Positions 54,808-64,000 of a stretch of DNA of 64,000 nucleotides are shown here, piece after piece. Position numbers and translations under genes: made by a program. How positions within the stretch are numbered: position 1 is the first letter of the stretch; the number at the start of each line of letters is the position of its first letter. The DNA is from the human T2T-CHM13v2.0 reference genome, Homo sapiens. Below the pieces are notes generated by a model, which was not told the DNA's origin, ran no database searches, and was given only the letters and a program-made list of their open reading frames with translations. The DNA is taken from assembly GCF_009914755.1 (NCBI RefSeq), contig NC_060933.1, one strand, 5' to 3'.

Positions 54808-55555
54808 TGTATCAGAATCTTTTGGCTGCAAGTTACATATTATTCTCCTGAAAGTGCCTTAAGGGAGGGCCATTTGTTGACTCATAACAAGATACCCTGG
54901 GGCAGGGAAGTTCCTTGTTTGGTGCAGTAATTCAATGGTGTCATCAAGGTATCAGGTTTCTTTGATATTTTCTTTCATTTATTTCAAGCCTGTTAGTTTT
55001 TATTTTTAAGCTTGCCTCTCCTGACTGCAAACTGACTACAAGTATCACACTCTTAAAAGACAATATTCCAAGATAAGAAATCTGGGTGTCTCCATTTTTA
55101 TTTGGGAAGAAAATTCCAGAAAGCCCCAGGTAACAGTGGTAGAACCGAGCCACTGGTTCACTCCTTATCCAATTCCTGACAAAGGAGACTTGGGATTTCC
55201 ATTATTGGCATAGACTAATCATGAATTTAGGAGTGGGCCAGTGGTATGTGGTAAATGTGCAATAATCTGTTCTCTAAAGGGGGAAAAAAGGACACTCTTC
55301 GATCGTAGTATTGGCTGATTTCTGTAGTGCAAACACTTCCATCCTGGCTGATTTCAAGCTACCAGCATGACTTTGCTGAAGCAGAGTTGGGAAGAGAGAT
55401 GCACAGTAGGCTCATGCAAGCCAGAATGAATTATCTCCAGCACCCATTGGACTGGGGTCCTTTTTCCCTGAGCCTAACTCCACCTAATATCTGAACCAAA
55501 TCCAGATTATTTTAGGGAGAAAGAAGGGAAAATTGTTGTTGGGCATGGTACCTAC
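54808..55555 (-). mobile_element. Old MaLR LTR (MLT1K/L-like) split by MER63
   Basis: tgtatcagaatcttttggctgcaagt; attggcatagactaatca; aaatccagattattttaggg. Confidence 0.6.
55239..55449. mobile_element. MER63A-like element
   Basis: cagtggtatgtggtaa / ctccagcacccattg termini; ggctgatttcaagctacca; TSD gagtgggc/gactgggg. Confidence 0.75.
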
Positions 55556-56209
55556 AATGTCTGTCTCCTTTATTTGTTCATTTATGCAACACATACTTTT
55601 GTTTGCCCATAGGTATTGAAGATAAGTGCTAGACATTTTTGAGGGTCCCACGTTATCTATGCTTCTTTATGAGAAAATCTGATCAGTCACACAACCTTTG
55701 CCAATTTGCCAGTGAGCAATGTACTATGCCATTACAATTGACCTGAAGGGAGCAACCACATACAAACTAATGATAGGACTCTCCACAAACAGAGAGGCAT
55801 GGAACAAATCAGACTGACTCTGTCAGCAATTTGAAGTCACTGATCAGTATTTAATATTGAATCTGGAAGGTCTTGTTGAATTGGGGCAAGCTGGGTGTTT
55901 GCAACATGAACAATCAACAGGATGCTGTGAAGAAAGGGAAAATGAAGCTGATTCTTAGAGAGTGGAAAAGTACGAAAGGAAACGGGGTTACAGAAATATG
56001 GAAAGAGTGATTTCAATTCTTGGCATTCAATTATAATCCTTCTTGAGGCCCAGCTACACCTCACTTCCTTCCCTTAAATACAGCCTTAATGTATATCCTT
56101 GTGTGAGCCATTATTTTATTTTCCTCATCAATTAGAGTTTTTTCTTTCCTTTCTTAATTTTCTTTTTTTCCTCCTTTCTTTCTTACTGGGGTGTGTATGT
56201 GTGTATGTG

Positions 56210-56326
56210 TTTAAGAGACAGATTCCTGCTGTGTCACCTAGGCTGGAGTGTAGTGGTGCAATCATAGCTCACTGCAGCCTTGAACTTGCTGGCTCAAGTC
56301 CCCCAAGGAGTAGCTGGGATTACAGG
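56210..56326 (-). mobile_element. Alu right-arm (FRAM/AluJ) fragment
   Basis: ggctggagtgtagtggtgcaatcatagctcactgcagcc. Confidence 0.8.
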
Positions 56327-57602
56327 TTCAATTAGAGTTATTAAAATAATTGTTTTTATTATCTCAAATGAGTTTCAGTGTGTTTCAGTCAAAACAGTCT
56401 TAACACGACATAGAATAGAACACAAAAGTGAGCATGAAACTACAGTCCTCAAAGAGTTCATAATTTAAATGTAGAGATACAGAAATAAACCAATAGGCAA
56501 ATACTTCCCAAGGCAAAAAATCTTCACTTAGATAAAGCACACTAGCATACCTTGGCTAGTCTTTAAGCCACAAGAGAAGGTTCTCTAGTGATAGTTAAAG
56601 ACTTTCAGAATCATCTTAATTTGGTGTGCCATCAAAAGAACTGCTCACTCTAATTAGAAGGTGATGTTTTCAGGTATAAAATTTTGGTCCAACTCTATCC
56701 CTATTCTTTCAAGGTTCCACTTCTGCTTTGTTAGACCAGTCTCAGACGCACAGAAGATGATAATCAGAGTTGCCAGCACCTCTAAGTCAAGGCAGAAACT
56801 CCCCCTCACAAAGAAAGGGAAAGTCCACACAGAACACATCTGTGCCAGGGACATAAAGGAACACATGTGGTGTCATTGTCTCTAAAGGAGTTCTGAAGAG
56901 TTAGACTGTTTCACGCCAGTAAAACGAAAGGTTTTACAAAATCAGAAAACTATTCTCTAAAACACACGTCTTCTGAAGTGTGATTTGGGTGTCTTACCTT
57001 GTACAGATAAAACAGAATATGTGACTCCACGAGCAGAGTTCTCTGTTTTAAAAGGCTTTTGGCGCCTGATAACGTTCCTCCCGGTGAGTTATAGTCTGTT
57101 TGGGAGGAAGATAAAGGAATGTTTTTAGTGAAAATACAAAAAGAATCAGTTACATATTTCATGCAAACACTTCCTTTCTGCCTGTGTTTTGTTTCTTCCT
57201 TCACTGTTGACCTTCACTTACTGACTCAATTTCAGTTTATGCAATTATACTCTGATAATCTGAAGCTCACTCTGCTGTCACTTCAATTGGTTAAGGGGTT
57301 CTTCTTTACTTCTCCTTTAATAGTCATGCTAAGTGGCTATAGAGAGCATTATTGCATTTGCTGGATCTCACTTCTGTTATCACTGCAGCCAGTCTGGGTC
57401 ACATATAAACATCAGAGACCACCAATATTGGATGGCAGAAATCACATAAGTGTGTTATAAATGTCTTTGTCTTAAAAGAGTGAAAACTATATCATTATGG
57501 GAACCGAAAGTTGTGTCCCATCAGCCGCGATGCATCCAGATCTCCCGCAGGGTAACCTTTATAAAATGAACTTAAATAATTTATAATTACCGAAAAACTA
57601 AA

Positions 57603-57795
57603 GTTGTGTTTCTTAAGCATGGCCCATGGGTCACTGTCATTAGGATCCTAGGTATGGAGATGTGCTGAAGTAGACATTTCTGCGGTCCATTTCAAACCTC
57701 CTGAATCACAAAACCTGCAATTGCAGTCGGAAATCTGAATTTTTAACAATATTTCTAGGTAATCCCGATGCATAATTAAATATGAAAACAACTGA
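57603..57795 (+). mobile_element. MER5-family MITE
   Basis: acctcctgaatca..aatctgaatttttaacaa..aggtaatcccgatgca. Confidence 0.65.
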
Positions 57796-58235
57796 TTAGA
57801 TGATAATTCTAGAGAAACTGATGCAAAGTAAGAATCGTTCTAAACTAAAGTTCTTTAAACATCTCTTATACTCTCTACTTTTTAGTTTTCTTTGGACTCT
57901 CCTTAGAGCGCAACCGTCTTCATTAAACTGTTGAAATAATATACTCTATCAATTAGAAAAGGCTTTTAATACATAAACAAGTAAACCCGTATATATCAGT
58001 GGCTTAAAAGAACAAAATTTTGTTTCTCATTCGTGCTATATACCCATTGTAGATTTAATTGGAGACAATACATTCAACGTTAGTAAAAGTTCCAAATTTG
58101 ATTCTGAGTAATATAGACGAATGTCTTAAGATTCAAAAGCTATTAACAGAAGCAGAAAGTGTGGAAAAAACTACAGATAAAATAGAGGTAATAAACATAT
58201 CATTTGGCTCATTCATGACCACAAAAGCCCAATAA

Positions 58236-58760
<525 letters not shown>

Positions 58761-59374
58761 CCTTGCCTCTTATTTGTCCCAGCTTGACTCCTTACATTTT
58801 GGTGGTAAATCGCACCTCAGTGAACACCTTAAAATGCCTCATGACTGAACCCCTTTCATTTCATAATTCCTTAGGCTTTGCTTTCTCTCACTGAAAACTA
58901 TTGAGAGAAGTGAGTTTAGTACTGAGTATTTCCTGCCTGTTTCCCTGACAAACAGGGACTTTAAAGGAAAAATAGTTCAGAGAGGGGAACTTCTCCCCCT
59001 ATATTGAGGTTAACTTTTCATCTCAGCCCTCTTTGTGCTTCCAGAACTAGCTATTCAGCAGCAGAATTCATGAGACACCATGACTAAAATCTCACTATGG
59101 TCTCTGGGGGAAAACACCAACCTTAAAAATTACAAGGTAGAGCTTGTGCTAAAGGTTTATTAATTGACAATATGACAAGAATATCTATGGTTATTTGGAT
59201 CAAATATTACCAATATGCTGTAACTGCTTTAGCAAAGTGACCCCTCCAGATAGCCAAAGAAATAGACTGCTAAGATGTCATTTCTGGGTAACCACCTCCC
59301 AAAAAATATGGACTGCAAAAGTTACTGGGTCTACCAGGTGCAAAAAACCCCCCAAGGCTCCTGTTTCTCTATAG

Positions 59375-59544
59375 TCCCGAGAAGCTGGGACTATAGGCAC
59401 AACGTACCACCATGCTCAGCAATTTTTCAGACACGGGGTCTCACTGTGCTGCCCAGGCTGGTCTCAAACTCCTGGCCTCAAGCAGTCCTCTCATCTTGGC
59501 CTCCCAAAGTGCTGGGATTATAAGTGTGAGCCACTATGCCCAAC
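59375..59544 (-). mobile_element. AluJ-like fragment lacking most of the right arm
   Basis: gcccaggctggtctcaaactcctggcctcaagc..cctcccaaagtgctgggatta. Confidence 0.85.
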
Positions 59545-59942
59545 TTTAAAACCACGAGAAACTCTCTGATATATGTCACTTTCTTATCCAAAAAAAATGT
59601 TAATGGATTCCTGTTACTCAATAACAAAGGCGAAAATCCTGAGCCTCGTACCTTGCATAACCTGTTATTAATCTAACTTTGCAACTTCATTCTCTACTTC
59701 TCCAAAGTATGCTTCTCACATTTTAATTGACTAAATTATTCTCCATATGTGTTCAGTATTCTTCAACCTCCATAACTTTGTACAATCCACTTCAGAAGTC
59801 TAGGAGGCCCTAATTTCCATCTTCATGGGTTCAAATCCCACCCACCCTTCAAAGCCTTCCTCTACCCAACAAATAATGCCTCCACCAGATGCAGGCTTGT
59901 TTTCTCCCATGCCAGATCTTTATCTTCCCCTTCATCAGGGCA

Positions 59943-60512
59943 TGTGATGATTAATTTTAGATGTCCACTTGATTGGATTGAGGAATACTTAGAGAACTGG
60001 CAAAGCATTACTTCTGGGTGGGTCTGTGAGAGTGTTTCCAGAGCAGACAGGCATGTGAGTCAATGAACTTAATGAAAAAGATCCACCCTCAGTTTGATAG
60101 GCACTATCCGATTAGTTCGGGGCCTGGATAGAACAAAAAAGGAGGGAAAAGCATTTTTTTCTTCCTCTCTCTCTTTGAGCTGGGACCTTCTCCTTCTCCT
60201 GTTCTTGTACATCATAACTCCAGGCTCTTTGGCTTTGGGACTCCAGGATCTAATACTAGTGGTGGTCACCTCAGTCCTCAGGCCTTAGATCTTAGACTAC
60301 GAATTACACCATCAGGTTGCCTGGTTCTGAGGCTTTTGGACTTGAACCGAGCCATGCTGCTATCATCCAGGGTCTCCAGCTTGCAGAGTGCCTGTCATGA
60401 GACTTCTCAGCCTTCATAATTGCATGAGCTGATTCTCCTAATAAACCCTCTCTCATCTGTCTGTCTATCTATCTATATCCTATTGATTTTGTCTCTCTGG
60501 AGCACCCTAACA
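59943..60512 (+). mobile_element. MLT2B-like ERVL solo LTR within L2
   Basis: tgtgatgattaatttt..cttgattggattgagg; gggtctccagcttgcaga; TSD gggca/ggaca. Confidence 0.85.
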
Positions 60513-60825
60513 GGACATTTATTTCCTAATTTCCAACATAGTGCAGCAAATTGCTTACTCACTCAACCTCAGCCCAGACCAAAGATTCTTTGAAGGAAAA
60601 GTCTGATTAACGTTGTCCTTTGCAGCACCTAATGTTGTGCCTTACATTCAGCAGATGTGCAATTATTATGGTCAGAATGAAAATGTATTTAGCACCTGTA
60701 TTACCTTTGTTAGGTACTTTCTAGAATTTTATCATTGTAAGCATGACAATAGTCCTGTGCAGTTATCATTACTATTATTATCCCCCTTTTGCAGATAGTA
60801 ATCTGAGGCTTCTTGGGGTGTCTAT

Positions 60826-61311
<486 letters not shown>

Positions 61312-62600
61312 ACCTATGACACCGTGGCTGCCTCCTTGCCTCCCTTTCATTGAACTAGGCGAAATGAGTATCTGAACAATGGCAGGATTTACATTATTAA
61401 AAGATGTTGTGAACGTTGCTTATCCTAAATTCCCTCTTCTGTAAATCTTATTTAATATGTTAGATTAAAAGTAAATTAGAGGGGAAGGTTATATAGTGAA
61501 AGAAGAAAAGGGAAAGAAGGGAAGGGGGTTTAGTGAGGCAAATAATGTCTGTTTATATTAATTTACATTCCAGTGATATGAAGAACATCTGAGAATGTTA
61601 AATTATGATCACTACTGCCTACTGGTAGAATTCTAGATCAATTGGAGAGAATGTAAGACATTTCTACTCTTCCAACTTTACAGATGCAAAAAGGGGTTCT
61701 GAGAGCTGAACTGTGTTTTAGACTCAGAAACATGCTTTTTAATGTCATATTGAGTAATTGAACATTTTTTTCTTCCAAGGACAAGTTTTCTGACTTTTAA
61801 TCTTAACTTTGTCACAAAGGGAATAGAAAGAGAAGCCTCTGGAGAATTTCTCAAATGGAAGCACATTTTAATTTTGGGATGATGTTAATGGAAACACTAT
61901 AATACAAATTCTCTTTTCCTTTGAAAAATTTTCTGAGAGGCAAAATAGTACAACATTAAGAAATACAATGATGTGGCAAACAGCCCTTCTTTGGGGCTTT
62001 CGGGATTGAAAATAAAGTTTCTCAAAGGTGATTCCCATCAAGTAGGGCAAAGGTTCAGCAACATGGATCTTTTCGAGATTTATTTGTATTTTCCCAGAGG
62101 TTTCTGAGAGGTGGCCTGTTCCTGCTCTGTGACTATCTTCAGAGATGGTGTTTCCTGGTGTGTGACCCTCAGCATATTAAAATTCTGAGATAGTCAGTTT
62201 AAAAAAAACTAAAGCTCTGCAATTTAGTGGCTGTCATTAAAAGACACAGGGTGGTAAACAAGATGATTATTTGAAAATAGAAATAGAAAAAAAAGAAAAC
62301 ATTCTTAGAGGATATTCTTCAGCTCCTCATTATCTCCAGCCTGCGTTACTGTCCAGTTTACTTAGCAGCCTCCAGTCTTAGTGACCCTTCAATTCGCTCC
62401 ACTCCCATCCAAGTGCTCTTTCTAATACGATTTTATTCCTGCCCTGCTTAGAATTCCTCAATAATTCACCATTTTCTTCAGGAAAATAATAGACTACCTT
62501 TTGTGTTGTATCCCAAACAGGGTTGCACGTGATTCATTTCACTGTCCACTATGTCTTAAGTTGCAGTAACGCTAAGCTCCTACTCTTCCTTCAAACCTGA

Positions 62601-63043
<443 letters not shown>

Positions 63044-63114
63044 TAACTATATCCTGCGTGAGGCTTGCCTTAACTATGTAGGTTGTCTTAGGCAGACCTT
63101 ATTATGTAGCCCTC

Positions 63115-63895
63115 CATGGGAGGCTAACTAGTGCCCCCAAGGTTGTCCAAGTCCTGATCCCTGGAACCTGCTAAGCTTACCTTATATGACAGAAATGACT
63201 TTGCTGATGTGATTAAATTAAGCTTCTTAAGGATGAGGTGATTATTCTAAGTTATCCAATGACATTAAATGTAACCACAAATGCCTTGTAAAAAAGAAGC
63301 AGAGGGAGATATGACTTTAGAGGAAAAGGCTATGTAATGACAGATGCAAACATTGGAATGATGTACTTTGAAGATGGAAGAAGCAGTCACAAGCCAAGGA
63401 ATACAGGCAGCTGCTAGAAGCTGGAAAAGGCAAGGAAGTGACTTCTCCTCTAGAGACTCCAGAGGAAGTGTGGGTTCACCAACACTTTGATTTTGGTCCA
63501 GTTAAACCCATTTTAGACTCTGGCCTCCAGAGAAGTAGAAATTTATATTGTTTTTTCTTTTTCTTTTCTTTTTTTTTTTTTTTTTGAGACATGGTCTCAC
63601 TCTGTCGCCCAGGCTGGAGTGCAGTAGCACGATCACAGTTCACTGCAGCCTTGATCTCCCAGCTCAAGTGATCCTCCAGCTCAGTCTCCTGAGTAGCTGG
63701 GACTACAGACATGTACTACTATGCCTGGCTATTACTCAGGCTGGTCTTGAATTCCTGGGCTCAAGCCTTCCTCCCACCTCGGCCTCCCAGTTGGAGGGAT
63801 TACAGGTGTGAGTCACCAGTCCTAGCCACATTTCTGTTGTTTTAAGCTACTAAGTTAGCAGTAGTTTGTTATGGCAGCAATAGAAAATGAAAACA
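63115..63895 (+). mobile_element. MLT1D-like LTR split by an Alu
   Basis: gtcctgatccctggaacctg; aagccaaggaatacaggcagc..agaagctggaaaaggcaaggaa. Confidence 0.85.
63552..63828 (-). mobile_element. AluJ-like with internal deletion across the middle A-rich linker
   Basis: cctggcta|ttactcaggctgg junction skips the linker and part of the left arm. Confidence 0.88.
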
Positions 63896-64000
63896 CCTTC
63901 TCCACACTGTGCACCTCTATTATAGCAAGTGTTTCAGGCTTTTGTAATCATCTGTGTACTTGCCTTCCCACTAGATTAGGGGATCTCTACTCATCAGTTC

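Overview
Primate (human/ape-like: AluJ/S/Y, THE1A, MER41A, LTR22, LTR8A) AT-rich, repeat-dense genomic DNA with no supportable cellular protein-coding gene. The listed ORFs are transposon debris or chance. Main contents: (1) an ancient, near full-length, fully decayed class I ERV at <1-9606 (LTR end, tRNA-Gln-like PBS, gag-pro-pol-env, PPT, 3' LTR; MER110/MER90-like), interrupted by MER47, AluY and an Alu-containing fold-back palindrome wrapped around a perfect 37-bp AT-rich VNTR; (2) a three-LTR tandem MaLR at 26718-31880 with a single 5-bp TSD, an apparently chimeric middle LTR, and nested MER41A and THE1A LTRs; (3) many older L2/MIR/L1M/MLT/ERVL/DNA-transposon fragments. The most unusual signals are DNA-repair and template-switch fossils: a 113-bp patch copied from 3 kb upstream into the MER41A LTR, a ~160-bp dispersed duplication, and several near-perfect fold-back hairpins. 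I did not find a convincing new functional system. Repeat family names come from recalled consensus sequences, and boundaries without a TSD are approximate.
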